The notes below the pieces were generated by a model. The model searched no databases. It was not told the DNA's origin and was given only the letters and a program-made list of their open reading frames with translations. The translations under genes and the position numbers were made by a program. From NCBI GenBank assembly GCA_030141605.1, contig JAQGDQ010000185.1:248001-312000 (forward strand): a DNA stretch of 64,000 bases. Reading direction: 5' to 3'. Source of the DNA: Tubiluchus corallicola. Taxonomy: Eukaryota; Animalia; Priapulida. Positions 1-13,572 of the stretch are shown here, piece by piece. Each line of letters starts with the position of its first letter. Within the stretch, counting starts at the first letter, position 1.

Positions 1-1461
1 CAAATGTGCAAAACCCAAACAAAAACGCCAAAAATCAGGTCTCTATAATGTTTTGAATTCCACAAAAGCTAATCAGTGTGTGCATTTTATTAATCTTATG
101 GCGTGATCAGGAGAGTCTTATCTCAAACGTAAACCTGATTAAGAATACAGACAGCGTTTGTATTCGGGAGTTATGCGGTATTTCCACGTTGTGCACAATA
201 ACAACACGACATTACGACTTACAGCAAGACAAAACAAACTCAGTAAAACTCGCACGACTTCCTGGTATGCGGTAGGGACTTTACTTGAGCACAATAAGCC
301 AGCAACCGTTACTCAGGTCCACCCAGCAAACAATAGACGAGAAAAGGCAAAACAAGGGCACTGTTTTCCTATAATTACACGCAGAACATGTAATAAGCTC
401 AATACAGGGTAAGTCAATGTCCAAATATCTTTATAAACAAAATACAGGTTAGTTGAGTAAGCTGAGCCACTTTACTATGTTGAACAACTACTTCCGTATT
501 GCCCTTGTACAGACTTAAATAACTTAAAAAATAAAACAATATACTATAGTCCAGAAACCGTTGAAGATTCTGCATGAAAATAGATTACAAAACTGGATAA
601 AGGTAGATTATAACTGCATTACATTTTCAGTTAGTAATGAAATTTCAACAAAAGTGCTTCACATATATTGAATTAAAAGAGTACAACTTCACATGTTTAC
701 GGGGTTGCAACCGACGTACTGCACTAAAATTACTTTACTTTCTAGATTTTTCCGGTAGCCTTTACAAAATGAATTTACCGGACAACGAATGAAAAGATGA
801 TATTTTTTCACATCTTTTGCATTAGCAGCTAATGTAATAGAATTATACTCTGGAAAATATACTTAATTTCTCACAAGTATGAGTACGTCCATAAAAATTT
901 CAACCTTCATTCCAAGTCCAGCTCTAGAAGCAAAGGGTTCACTTGTCCATTCTAGTCGCATGTGACACGCATAGAGTCGTAGATATTAACCACCAATCTT
1001 TAAGGACCCTCCCTACCAAGAAATTTTGCTAAACTATCCTATGTACCTACTTTAAAAGCATATTTTTTTTGCATAAACATGTTCATGCATAACTGAAGTT
1101 TGCAAAACAAGGTGATGGCACAAAATTGCTGTCACGCATCGCACAAGCAAAGAATGACATTAGTCAGTGTCAACCCGAGGCGACACATCTATTAGGCACC
1201 TTAAAAAAAACATGCACACAACGTTTCAGTCGAACAGTTTCAGGGCTTTAAAGTTCATCAACCTACGTAATCAGTAAGTTTTTTTCGGTTAGTAAGCATA
1301 AACAGCAAAGCTGAAATACTAATAAGAAACACTACTCTAATCTACCTCTAGCAAGACTTTCATCATTTGAAGAAAAAAAGAATTATCCAAAAGTTTAGAT
1401 TTAAAATGTTGCAGCAGTATGTACTGTGATCAGTTTGGCCAATTCTCACAGGAGCACTCGT

Positions 1462-1664
1462 GTCTTAATGCCAAGTTTAAGTACTAACCTTTACAATAAA
1501 TAAATTACAAAGAATTTCGCATTTCACCAAACGATGGCGCTGAGCACAGATACAACTAAAAGTCTTAGTACCGAGTTTAAAGTACTAGCCTTTATAGTAA
1601 AAAAGTTACAAAAAATCCACCCTTTTTCCAAACTATAGTGCTGCGTACAAGTAAAAAAAGTCTA
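1462..1664. repeat. Diverged ~100-bp tandem duplication (2 copies)
   Basis: gtcttaatgccaagtttaagtactaacctttac at 1462 recurs as gtcttagtaccgagtttaaagtactagcctttat at 1562; similarity continues through ccaaac(g/t)at.gtgctg. Confidence 0.75.
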
Positions 1665-1777
1665 AAAATAAAGCACTACGAAGATATATGAATTCTTGAA
1701 TCCTGTTGAAACGGCACAGCTGTTATTTAAATAACCATGAGCAGTAATTACTAGAAGAAAGTGAATTTAAGCCTCAC

Positions 1778-1951
1778 TTGTGACGACTCTGAAGCGCTGA
1801 TCTGGTGATGACGTAACTCATACTGTTACCGCTCTTCATACTCTGCTGTTTGCTGTCGTTCTCTGTCGTGGTTTCTACCTTTGGTCGTTCATGCCGCTCC
1901 GAGGCACGCCTTTTGATGCCCGCCGAGCTGCTCGATCGACGAGAACCACTC
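1778..1951 (-). CDS. Internal coding exon (174 nt, phase 2/2) of an unidentified large minus-strand gene that continues left of the window
   Basis: Strong acceptor tatttttcctttgtttcAG (1953-1952) and donor AA|GTGAGG (1777). GC-richer than flanks. Only the phase-2 frame is open: SGSRRSSSSAGIKRRASERHERPKVETTTENDSKQQSMKSGNSMSYVITRSALQSRH(K). Ser/Arg-rich with RRxS kinase-type motifs; no recognisable domain. Confidence 0.75.
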
Positions 1952-3066
1952 CTGAAACAAAGGAAAAATACCGTAAAAATACGGAACATCATAAAAACAG
2001 CAATCATCAACAGGCAAACAAAAATAGACTTTTCATTATTCTCTATTAATTTATCTACGTTTTATTTCCGCCAAAATAACAATAGCCATATAAGAAGATG
2101 GGCGATTTATAAAAATCTAAAAGCTGAAAACTTCACTAATTAAAGCGTATTCTTAAAATTAGCATGACTAATTATAAAATGATTATATGTCTACATGGTC
2201 TCGTTAAAATATCGCGCCAGTAATAATGAACATGCGAATATAATTAAATCAGAATTTTGCTGCATTTTTCCCTACAGACAATAATTAAAAACAGATTATG
2301 CAAAATATCAGGCGTCTGTAGTAGTACAACTGAGGAAAATTATCGAAGTTACGGCTTTCTAATAACAATGTCAACGGGCACAGCTTCCTTGCTTTAGTTT
2401 ACCGGTTACGACCGTTACGTCAAATATGGAAAAAAGAAACACGTTCTACATTACACGTAGTGACCAATAACTGCTAAACCACATTATTTCCATACAGGTA
2501 TGAAGCAAAAATAATTAAGTTTTCTTCATACTTCATACTCAATGTAATTCATGAAAATAAGAACTAAAGTACATAACCTACTAAGAAATTCTGAATGGTG
2601 AAATTGAGGAATAAACAATGCAGAAAAACAAATCACACGGACTTGCTGCTGTACCAGTATTCTCACGCATTTCGTAAAAACGAAGACGAAATGTTAAACA
2701 CATACCTAGAATACTTATCCCTTTTAATTAAATACGCCGGAGGTAATGCATGCAATTGACTATGAATAAATTGCATTTGTCCTAAAAACATCATAAATTC
2801 TTTGATCGCAAAATAATCAACAGACTTCTGCGTTCACAACAAGATAATTAACTCAACTTGAAAAACATGAAGTTTCTTATTAACTGTATCGTCACACTGT
2901 ACATTAGTCAGCACCAACGTTAACACACAACTTTAACTGCAGCTGACGGTGCCAGAATGGTTCTAATCAAGGAAAGGTGCCCAGTCAAGCAGGATGGGCA
3001 TAATGCTGCTTCACAATGCGTGGACGAATATCCCCATTACCACCGACAATAGAGTGAGTTATTGTA

Positions 3067-3279
3067 TTAACCCTTTCCCTAGTTCTCTTCTTGCATCAAC
3101 GTCAAATGACCTGCATCGATTCACAGAAGAACATGTGTGGTCATCAGGCGTATGACTCACGAAAAAGGTATGCAAATGCATAACATACATCTTGTACCCA
3201 TGAAATGGCCCTCAGATAAAAAAACAGACAGAATCCTTAAAAACAATCTGAAAATCGGTACGCTCGGCTTAATGGTTAA
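3067..3279. mobile_element. Possible degenerate piggyBac-type MITE
   Basis: Starts TTAA-CCCTTT and ends AATGG-TTAA (TTAA target site, CC..GG termini); the TIR beyond 5 bp is not conserved. Confidence 0.3.
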
Positions 3280-3429
3280 CTGCTGAAGTAACTTGATAAT
3301 GGATTTAAAAAGTCAACGACCGGCTTGCGCAGTTTTTCTTACATTTAGAATAAATTGGAAGATAAGACCCTCTTTTAAGGCTGGTTCACATTTACAATAA
3401 ACGCACTTATCATATTATTAGAGTTAATG

Positions 3430-3610
3430 GGATTTTTTTCCATGTTTGTCTGTTGGCACATCACTCTGCCGTACAATGTCATTAACATCTTTTCCAATGG
3501 AATTAGAATTGTAAGCTTTAGCATAACCTGTGACTTGTCTACAAGAGCTTTAGTTTTCATTGATATTCAGCTGCATCATCTGCATTTGTCGTCTAGCGTT
3601 TGCAGGAAAT
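3430..3610 (-). mobile_element. Decayed LINE reverse-transcriptase fragment (RTE-like)
   Basis: Minus strand, with frameshift: LDDKCR*..LNIN(E)/KTKALV...PLEK, matching the late RT motif L.IN..KTK.[ML]V...LE.V. Confidence 0.4.
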
Positions 3611-4647
3611 ATATTTAAAGGAAAACATTCTACAAATCGCCTGAAAAGGCCAGTAGCTAACGAACGAGCTACAGTTACAAAGCGAAAATATGAACACAGG
3701 TTAAAAAACGTCCACTAACGAAATTATCAGTGATAACACGAGACAAAACTTTAAGTTGACGCACTTCTTTTGATTTGAAGCAGAACTGCAGAAGCTAAAA
3801 TTAACACGTCAACAACAATCTTCTAACAAACAGAAGGCTTGCATGTAGCGTCCACTGTCCAGGGCAAATTCTGTTAAGATATAAGACAAGCCTAGAGAAC
3901 AGCTCGGCAGGCTATTTCGTAAAACCGAAAATAATCTAGCTGTGTTCTCGATAAAGCTGTTTTATACTACTACTCACGAGCTAACGAAATTGTTATCTCA
4001 AAATACAATTCGTCATAGTGCACTGTTTCATAATTAAACTCATTAATCTAAAAGCAAAAATTTTATTGATACTTTTGACAAAATGGGGACAAAAAGATGG
4101 CGAAAACAGCTATATTAAATTTATACCAACTTTCGACATTTGCTAACTAAAAGAAGTTATAAGCAACCAGCGAGGGAACAAAGAGAAAGTGCTGTCACAC
4201 TTCAATTCAGTTGTGAAGAAAGCGAAGTAGGTTGATCCGCCCAAAACCCTTAATAACAAAAGATCTACATTAGATGCAGACAACAGTTAATAGCTGCGAC
4301 ATCAGATGTCACTGCATGCCTTTCACTTGCTAACAAAGTCTTATAGATAGTATTCAAGCAGCAATTGACATATCTTTCACTTACTGACTTGTTGATAACT
4401 AAAACCTACTTCAGTGAAATTAATCTTGAGAATAATTCCTGTGTTCTAGGCCAAACTAGTGCAATGATGACTCAGACAGGATAAGGGAAGGTTTTTAGTG
4501 TACGGGAATGCGTACGTGCTTTTGAAAGAAAGTGCTCATTGTTCATCAACTGGCAAATACTAATCATTTGAATTTTATTTCAGCCACGGTTTTCCAACTG
4601 TAGCAGCCACGTTATAAATCTGCTTTCAGAGAAAACAGACTAAAAAT

Positions 4648-4726
4648 GTTGACAAGATCGGGACTCGATCCTAAACCTACAAGCTAAATGTACCAATGCC
4701 CTGTATACCTCAAGTCATAACAGCTC
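4648..4726 (-). mobile_element. Degenerate tRNA-derived SINE head
   Basis: B-box-like ggatcgagtccc on the minus strand (4660-4671), preceded by a tRNA-length segment; no intact cloverleaf. Confidence 0.4.
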
Positions 4727-7408
4727 AAGTAGATCGTGTAAATTCTCAGTTGTTGGGCAATGCCCTGTCACTTGCCTTAAATCATTTTTGCACAAAAGGC
4801 GATAAGAACAATTATTAAATTATACTGAATTATTAACAGCTGATGAAAAAACTAGACCACCGAAAAGGCCTTTCGCTCTCAACCAGACCAATTAATATTT
4901 TTATTGTAGCATGTATAATTATATGATTTCGCACAAAAGCTGTTGAACAGAATACATCCACATAATGAGCAAGTGATTACACTATTATTCCTGTGCAAGG
5001 CGAGACACGTTCGTTTTACAACAAAGCTTCACAAATTACGACGGTGCGCCATGAAAAGACAAGATTTCGCTCACCTTGTAACTTTTACTCGCAGTATTAG
5101 GGTCAGCCACAACAAGATCCTAACAGAGATATCCGCGACAATGTTTGACTGGCCAATAAATATCGAGGGCTTAGGCTAGACTTGACCCTATTGATAACAA
5201 AGGGTTAAAGGACACTTGCTGTGCTCTGGGTATGTTGAATATTGGTAACAGCTATAAAGTACGATGAGACCAACAGATGGGATTATCTGAGACAACGGAG
5301 CGAAAAACCCAAAGTTTTGGATCCCATAAGGCTCTCAAATAATTATTCCGAAAATTTTAATTTGCTCAAAAACTTAGTAAGGTCTCTTTTTCTTACAAAC
5401 TATAAAAGAATGGGCATGCAGGGTTCGAGCCAGCAATGACGTATCATCGCAGACGTAAGCTGTACGGTTTTTCATGTGACCTTGGTGTGCAATAAAGCGA
5501 CAAATTAAAAACCAACGAATCTGCTTAAAGTACCGAAATTAAGTAACAATTATAACAGTACGTATTCCAAGCAGTGTGTGAGAAACTCACTGGATTTAAA
5601 AATTATTACTACCTTTTATAAGCACAAAGCAATATAACTGTTCATGTATTTAATGTACTAAAGAAAACAGCTAAAGAAAAATCCGCACCCACTTATATTT
5701 ATAAATAAACTGTTAAGTGCATTGTACAACAATATTGTAAGTACTCGTCAATATTAGCCTTGCTAAGCAACAGGGATATAGCAGACTAGTGCTCTTAAAT
5801 ACCGGCAAAGATTATCTAGTTGTAGGTAATGTTTGTGCTAGTTAGTTATCCACCAACAGAAATTAGGACAAGAGCAAGAAAATTTAACACTGAAATTTTA
5901 AAAACAGGTCCCTCGAAGCAACGCAGCATCTGAATATAAGTCAACTAGTAACAGAGGAAATGTTTTGCGGAATGGCTAGATAATTAACACGAACGTTATC
6001 CGATTGATTGATAAGCTAATCGGAAAATTGCTTGAGCGAAAGTGGCTTAAACTTGGGCCCCATTTGGCCACCCGAAGACTTTCCACTACTAAGAAAACCT
6101 GGCTAATCAAGTACACGATAACTCATACAATAAAAGTCATGTGTAACAATGTTCAAGACAATCTGCTAATAGCGAAAGTATTCTATTGTGATTGTTGGAT
6201 ATATTTACATAAAATAACTGGGACAGCGAGCTTCACAAATGTTATAAAGGGCGTGTACAAAACCCAAAAATAAAGAAATTGCCGAAAACTTGGTAAACTG
6301 CGCGCGAATTTTCTACAATTTCTTTTCACAGTAAATCGTTAAGCATCTGAGCAAAAGAATGTATTCGTTTTTTTAATTAGGTTATTCATACATTTCACCA
6401 ACACGTGACGGAATTATAAACAATGAAATAAAGCTTACAGCACATTACAACAAACAAAATAGTTTTACAATATCCTGTCAACAATAGTTATACAAACAAC
6501 AATAAAATATCCGATGGAAAAAAGAATTTGACTGCAGCTATCATTCGTCATAACAACAACAGGTGACATAATTACGTAACATTGCACAGAGCCCTCAAAA
6601 GACAAAGCTTGTGAGAGAGACTCGTGACAAGGAAACAGAGATTACCTAACATAAACGAGACGAGGATGAACTTGCTGGTAACGCAGCGAAAAGAGAGAGA
6701 GAGAAGCGTGAAGCGAGAGATAATGATATGTGATACCATCCCTTTTACTAGATGAGGGGTCTCTCTGTATGGTTACGATCTTTTCTATTTACTATATTTT
6801 ACAGAAATAGTTTAAAGAAAATACAAACTGCGCGCATAAAATAGCCTAAAATTAATTAGTTAATTTTGCTACGTGGAACAGGCTATTAATAAATTCGTAG
6901 CGAAAAATGCTACGTGCCTCGTGATCATTGGTTATTTTAAACACTGTGGACATCATTAAGCATTGTTCACAATGGCTGGTAAAGCTTGGCGCACAAGTAA
7001 GCTTGCTACTGTTGCATGTCTTGAATTGACAAAGTCGGGCAAGAGAATTTCTTAACGATGTTAGGTAGACAGGTGACATAATTACTATTTTTGAAGTAGA
7101 ATTTCACACAATACTCTATCAAGCAGGCTGACAGTAATGTAACATTGCGTCTAGTTTCTCGGCAAACATAAACTTCGCAAACAATCACTAAGTGTTTTCT
7201 TCTCAAAAGTAATTCAGGTTGGATAAACACTGCGTGGACAAGTGCGCAACTTTGACGTTTCTCGTAAAGAGGTAAAGCAGGGTTACGAGTACTGAGGCTG
7301 CAGGTGTTTAATTGAAAGTTCAAGTTTTCAATAAAACATAATTTAATCTAACATAACAAAACATAAGTTTCTGAATAAATTTTAAATCTTATCTGACTGT
7401 AAGACATG

Positions 7409-7514
7409 GTTTAGTTTAGCTTAGACAGTTGTTGTCCTGCGTGAGCTGTTGTTCCGAATGCTGCTGAGTGTACTTTGGGAGCGGAGCGATAGACCAATAT
7501 ATTTGACGTCAATT
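7409..7514 (-). mobile_element. Interspersed repeat (probable SINE/LINE 3' end with short (TAAAC)n tail); second copy at 58621-58728
   Basis: gtttagtttagcttagacagttgttgtcc...gagctgttgt.ccgaatgc.gctgag.gtactt...gcggagcgatagaccaatat.tttgacgtcaatt is shared with 58621-58728. Confidence 0.8.
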
Positions 7515-8557
7515 TCAAACGAGACCTTTCTTTTTACTAAGATGGCAGATCTCTCTGCATTTATTCACAAACGCACAGAAAACCAACATACTTAACTATA
7601 AGTGGATAAAACTTCTTAGAAACTTTTTAAAGGAAAGGACAAGTCACTTAGCATATTTTTTGTAAAAACTCCCTTATACGTTTGAAAAAAATGACAGTGC
7701 GCTGCTTTTCTTCAGTCGACGAATTATATAATTGGTGGAAAAATGGCGTTCAAAATGAAAGCTTCCATGTATGAAATTGTTGCGACTTCAAAGTGATTTT
7801 ACTAATCACAAGAAGCCCTTATCACACTTTTATTCCTTGTGGAAGCTTCACTGACTTCGAGCTGTTTGAACGATTCGACCAAATAAACGCAAATCTAAAC
7901 TAAAATAAAAAAATCTAGAAACAATGGAGTAGGCTCGAATGTAATGTTTTTGTAGTTCATTAATATATTGCCATGACAATACGCCTACCATGTTTTATTA
8001 ATATCATAAGCCCAGAGGACACGACTATCCAAAATGCTGTACAAGAAATAAAGCAGAACGGTGTGAACTTCACTCTGCGTTTCCAGCCTGCGGACAGTTT
8101 TACCATCTTTCTACCTGCTAAATTTTTTCTCGCTGCAAAGATCAGTGACCTCAATATGCAGCTGTCCTTGCACCGCATGTCACAAGAAAGTGAAAGCAGC
8201 ATGTATGACTTTAAAACTTGTTCTGTTCTCTCTTACCTCCTATAGAATTATTATGAAGAATAAGTGCCAGGTAGTTTAATAAGCACTGTTCACACCTGTG
8301 TTTAGCGTGTATGAATTGCTGGTAGTGTATTCCGTGACTGTCGCCGCACGCCATCTTAACGAAATGCGGAATACGTCTTCTACCACATTATGTCCACATA
8401 AACAGTATGATTTGTAAAAAAACGAACAGGTGCGATTCATGCACAAAGTGTGAATAAGGCTTCCGGAATAGTCAATTCCGTAATGTACATTTGAACGATT
8501 GAATGGCTTTAGGAACAATTTTTAAACGATTAAACGGCAAGAGAAAAAAGAATAAGG

Positions 8558-8561
<4 letters not shown>

Positions 8562-8616
<55 letters not shown>
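8562..8616. repeat. (GA)n microsatellite
   Basis: Directly visible. Confidence 0.98.
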
Positions 8617-8623
<7 letters not shown>

Positions 8624-9089
8624 ATAGAGAATCAAATGCAGAAATTAGTAATAGTCCCTGTTATTACAACATATCAACGAGTCAAGGTACTTTGTTGTCA
8701 ATCTCTTGCATGAATTGATGACGGGCAATTTGCGATATACTAGCTAATTTTTGTGGACCTTGAATTACATGACCAGTCAAGCTAAAAAGCTAAAAAGCTA
8801 CTGCAACAATTTCGAAGTACATGTAGTTTGCTAATATTTAAATAAAGCATTTCGAAATAACTCAAGAATTATGAAATGGGTTACTAATCGCACTAGGAAT
8901 GTTATTTGAAAATTATCTCAAACGAAGCTAACTCCATTCTTAAGACGATTTATTTGGGATGTTGCAATACACAAATATTTAGACGTTCTGGACGGTTCAA
9001 TCTTCAGGCGTGAATCGCTACGAGATTGCGTGCGCTTATGTACATAGATAATGCGAAGACCAAAAAACGGGTATACTGCCAGCGCCTAT

Positions 9090-9331
9090 AATGGAAAGTG
9101 GCACAGATATTAACAGCACAGGTAATAATGGCATGGTAATGACACAGGAAAAAAGGACACGGGATAAAAGGGCATAAACGAAAAAAATCTGATACGCTAA
9201 TGTTACTTTGGTACAAATAGTTTTAAAAACAGTTAACCCTAACCCCAACAATATCCCATATTTTATTACATGTGACATTTTTTCCTATTTTTCTGTTTGG
9301 GCCATTTTTCTGTGCCATTTTTACCACGTAC
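9090..9331. mobile_element. Non-autonomous element with inverted arrays of (AA)ATGGCACAGG-like subrepeats and an internal AACCCTAACCCC motif
   Basis: Left half has degenerate aaagtggcaca/aatggcat/aaaggacac/aagggcat units. Right end has reverse-complement units gccatttttc/tgtgccatttttacc. Telomere-like ttaaccctaacccc at 9233-9246. Confidence 0.55.
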
Positions 9332-9799
9332 AGACAACGAAAATTCTGAAGAAGCCAAATTATCGCCTGTCCAGTCTTCGTGTCACATGCCGGGCCTTCT
9401 GGAGTGCAAGTTCCACTGAGCCAAAATGCACGGAGCTTTTCGAACTTAGGAAACAATATCAACCATCTACCAAGTGAATAGTAACAACTGTAACGTATAC
9501 AGCCAATTACAGGAAACAAAAAGACATAATATTTTATGTGGTATTACACTTATATTTTGGAACAATGAGACTATATGTCAAATGGTTTTCTTTTACAAAA
9601 AATGTCCGCTAACGTTACGATTCCTTAACACCAGGTGCTTCCAATGCGCCCTCCTTTAAGCCCCTTAATGGCCGTCAGCTTCTCACTAAAACCTACTTGA
9701 GATTGGAACGGCAGCTGTAATTTGGAGAATGCGCTAATTAATAGCATGCGCATTCATTGTCTATGAAAACAAAATTGTTGATCTTACTGAATGTATCTA

Positions 9800-10350
9800 G
9801 CGCATTTCAGGTGCAACACCATGTTATTCTATCCTTGAGCCAGACATCTCAACCTGAATTCAAATATACACTGATATTTCAATTTAGTATTCTAACAATG
9901 GACTGCTTAGCAAACGTACGATATATTGAGACTAGATAAACATGTGGTCTAAACGACACTTGACCACTGTCCACTACACCATACCGATACTAAGTTTGTC
10001 AGGCCCTGTTTTCTTTTCAACTAGTTGTTGCTGTTTTACAACCTATTTTACACTCAGATATGGTTTACTGAAATTCCTTCTGAGAACCACAGAGAAGATG
10101 TTAAATATTGTTGCTCCTTTTTCAACTTCTAAAAACAACACTTACAATTAATTCTATCACATACTCCCTTGACCTAAGAAGGCGTATTATTCTAGGCAGT
10201 GTAAAGATTTTTGTATACATGTATTAAATGGAGTTTGATTTGTTAATGACTTTGAATTGAACCACAATAAGCCACCCCCCTTACAAGTAGAAGGAATATC
10301 TAAATATGCAAATGTTTATTATTACTATTACTATTACTATCAATAAAGAG
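9800..10350 (+). mobile_element. Highly decayed CR1/L2-like LINE 3' end
   Basis: Remnant motifs T.LIFQFSIL, H..T, (W>stop)NS and FxK, then an AT-rich 3' UTR-like stretch ending in AATAAA (10342). Confidence 0.35.
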
Positions 10351-11732
10351 TTATAACAAAAATAATAAAAATAAGACAGACTGAAAAGAGTTTTTACAGT
10401 AGAGAACCACCTGAGAAGTAGTTTTGTTAAAAATGCATTTTTTTCTGTCCACAATTTTAAACTGATAAATACATAAAGTATAAATAAAAAATAAAAGGGG
10501 AAACAAGAATGCGATACTCAACATACCAATAGTATATATCTACTCTGTTCTAGTTTAAGAGCGCCCTGATTTAGGGGGTTTTAAAGTCAGCAAGTAGAGT
10601 GGATTGAGGCTTCAGCGAGTTAATTTTACCTGCATCCCAAGTGATGGGACGCGCAATTAGTATGCCAGCCTGCCAGGCTGTGTGGCAACGAACATGACGC
10701 GTGCGTAAACACGGTGTCCTGTCCAAAGTGTTCTTGTCGAAGAGGAAGCAGCCCCACCTAATGCGTTTATTCTGTTAGAAAAGCATAAAAGATGTCCAAT
10801 GCCCAGACCTTTCACCTGATCAACATAAAGGGTCCCAAGAGACACTCAGAACAATGCACTCGCAGTATGGTATGTCCGTGTTTCTGTTGCCACAACCTTC
10901 AGAAAAGGATACCCAAATTTGCTCCAATTGTCACAGTATTTTCTTAAAAACCACAGAAAGAATGAGAAAAGAGTACGCTAGTACTAACCACGTGGACTAG
11001 TGCATGAAGTATGCTTACAAACAAGAAAAAAACCCTGAAATAAAGTAGGCTAAGAGCTGTGCAGTCTATTGTCCGTGTTTAGTTTTCTGCAAAACCTAAT
11101 CAGTTTTCAGTAGCGATGGCTCGGCTAATAAGGCTTTCGACACGAATTCTTCTCTCTCGTAACAAAGGAGGCAAATTTAGATATTCTTGAAAGAGGTGAA
11201 ACAACATTTATGAAGAATTTGGTTGTCTATCAAACTCAGCCTTGACTTTGCTTCAAGTTGTAACCATGAGCTCATTGGAACTAAGCACATCTTCAATATT
11301 TTAAGGTTAGATCTGATAGATACACAATAGGCTCCAAAATCTGATTTTTTCGAGTCCATTCACAGCAAGTTTTGAAGTTTATCAAAGGTCAAACATATGG
11401 TAAAGGAATTAAGTAACACCTGACATCGAAAAGAGATTAATGAAATAGTAAACGACCTACCAAAAAGAAAAACAAGCAATTAAAAAGGCTGATGGTCAAG
11501 CCACATTATAAAATTCTCCCCGTGTGTTTTAACTTGTATGCATGGTATCCCACAAGTATAAGTCCCTGTAATAAAATAGGATCAAAATAAAGTAACCTAG
11601 ATCCAACAGACTGGTTCCCTGAATCCCTATCCCTAAATAGTAAACATGAAGCAAATTTTGTGTCCTATTTCCTACAATAAAGGGTCGTTAGGATGACACA
11701 TGTTAATATCAGGCGGCATTTCTTGGACTTAC

Positions 11733-11854
11733 GCAAGGCCATCTGTACTCACAGTAGGGACGAACATTAACACCAGCCCAGAGAGGATTTTGCTGGGAAA
11801 GATGGTGAAATAATCCTCAAACTTGTACTGGTGTTGTGTGTGTACGTAACACAT
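11733..11854 (-). CDS. Weak candidate alternative first coding exon (phase 2) of the minus-strand gene
   Basis: ATG 11854 (or 11767) is open to donor GC|GTAAGT at 11732; 122 nt = 40 codons + 2. MCYVHTQHQYKFEDYFTIFPSKILSGLVLMFVPTVSTDGL(A). Confidence 0.3.
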
Positions 11855-13510
11855 GTAAGCAAGTCTTTTGTAATTGAGCACCTTGAAGGTTGAACAACCC
11901 TGGTAAGAAAGAGGAGGGGAGGGAACCACTGTAACGCGTGTGACACATTCCTAAGATTGGTAACATGGTGTAGTGAAAACAATAGTCTGATTCATAACTA
12001 AAGGATGTGTCAGACGCTTGCAGAACAGCTGAAAAGTAATACATGTAGTACTACTATATGTTGGTACTTTCTACTTTTAAGTATAGAATTTTGACCATAT
12101 ATCTTACTTTTAGACGCCTATTTCCACACTGCTACATATCATACTGTAAACAACATTTTAAAACTAGTCAGTCAACCAAATATTTATACATATGCATTAG
12201 ACGATTCGACCACACTACTTGCAAAAAATGTCCTATTTACCAATTTACAGATAACGCGACATCGTCATATACGTATGAAAAACAAAAAATCACATACATA
12301 CAAGTAGGATAGGAATAATAGAGTACACTATTGTACGTGAGTATATATAATTTCAGTGAAATTCAATGTATAAATGCAAATTTATAAACACAATTGAACA
12401 AAATGAACAATGAATTTATTAACAAAACAGCCGAATTTAATCCGCAAAGTGAAGAGATTAGACAGGAACCACAGCACCTGTTGGATCTAAACCACTTGAA
12501 AAAAGAAAATTAAGAATTAAATTTTCTTAGAAAGAAAGTTTATAGTGGCAAAAAAAATCATTAACACATCGCGGCAATTTCTAATAAGAAAATCAAGATG
12601 TTTTACAGATTGTTGGAAAAAAACATACGGCAAGGTCTTATTACTAATGTCAACAGCACCAACAAGCGTTTCTATTGTCATAAGTTAGAATGAAAATTAC
12701 AGTACTAGCTGTCGTCAATGTGCATTACCTTTACTTCCTAACATTGCTGACAGTTAGTAAAATTCTCACACATACATCACACAAGTATGCAGAAGAGCCC
12801 ACAACGTCTCATTAAAAGTAAAATAAGGCTCGTTTCATTGCCATACCGCTACTGCCGGCGGCACTCGCTGAGTACAGTCAGACTGAGTCAGTCTACATAC
12901 CTTTACGACTCTGCGAATTAGATATATCACAAATAAGAATTGCTTTAGTTTGATCAGACAGCACTCAAAAAGGTTATTAGTACAACGGCGGACCGAAAGA
13001 TTCTAGAAAAAGATCTCGCGAATAAGCAACCCATCTAGTTTTCTCATATGAGAATAATTTCATTCATCGCTGAATAAAACTGAACAATGTTTAGAAGCTG
13101 TAAATGCAATTACCAAAACCTATAAAACATAAGCGGGCAAAAGACTGAATCAGTCGTTATCTTTGCAATGCAATGAAGACCTAACATGACCATAGATGAG
13201 AAACTGAGCTAACCTGATAAACCTGAAGCAATTTCCCATTTCCAAACTACATAAGCTTACATGCATTACTTTCTCTGCACTTTGGCCTCGAGTTTTTAAG
13301 AGAAATTACAGCGTCTTCTGAAAGACTGGACTCGCTGTTTTACCAGTGTAATTTGTCACTCAGTAATACTGACTGTTGTGTTTTCCAATCATTACAACTA
13401 GGAACAAATCCAGGTATCATAAATCATAAATGATGACCACCGTTATTCATACTTTGTTTACTAATCACTCGCAAATTCAGACAAAGCAATAAACTAGTAA
13501 ATTGACTCAC

Positions 13511-13572
13511 CCAGGAAAATCCGTAGACATCAAGTAAGAAACGATTTCAGTTTCAAAGTACCCTTTAACCAT
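13511..13572 (-). CDS. Candidate alternative first coding exon (phase 2)
   Basis: ATG 13572 is open to donor GG|GTGAGT at 13510; 62 nt = 20 codons + 2. MVKGYFETEIVSYLMSTDFP(G). TATA-like TTTATATAG about 50 nt upstream (13621-13629). Confidence 0.45.

Noticed and set aside
223-368. Next downstream exon of the minus-strand gene
   Set aside because: All three frames contain stops before the GTAAGT donor; the alternative donor GTAAAG is weak.
3161-3201. Phase-2 mini first exon MGTRCMLCICIPF (lipidation-like)
   Set aside because: Very short, weak exonic donor context, and inside a possible piggyBac-type MITE; within chance expectation.
8276-8518. BEL/Pao integrase-like motif (PF...GIDYSGSL)
   Set aside because: Downstream FTC..RAVHLE motifs are absent; probably coincidence.
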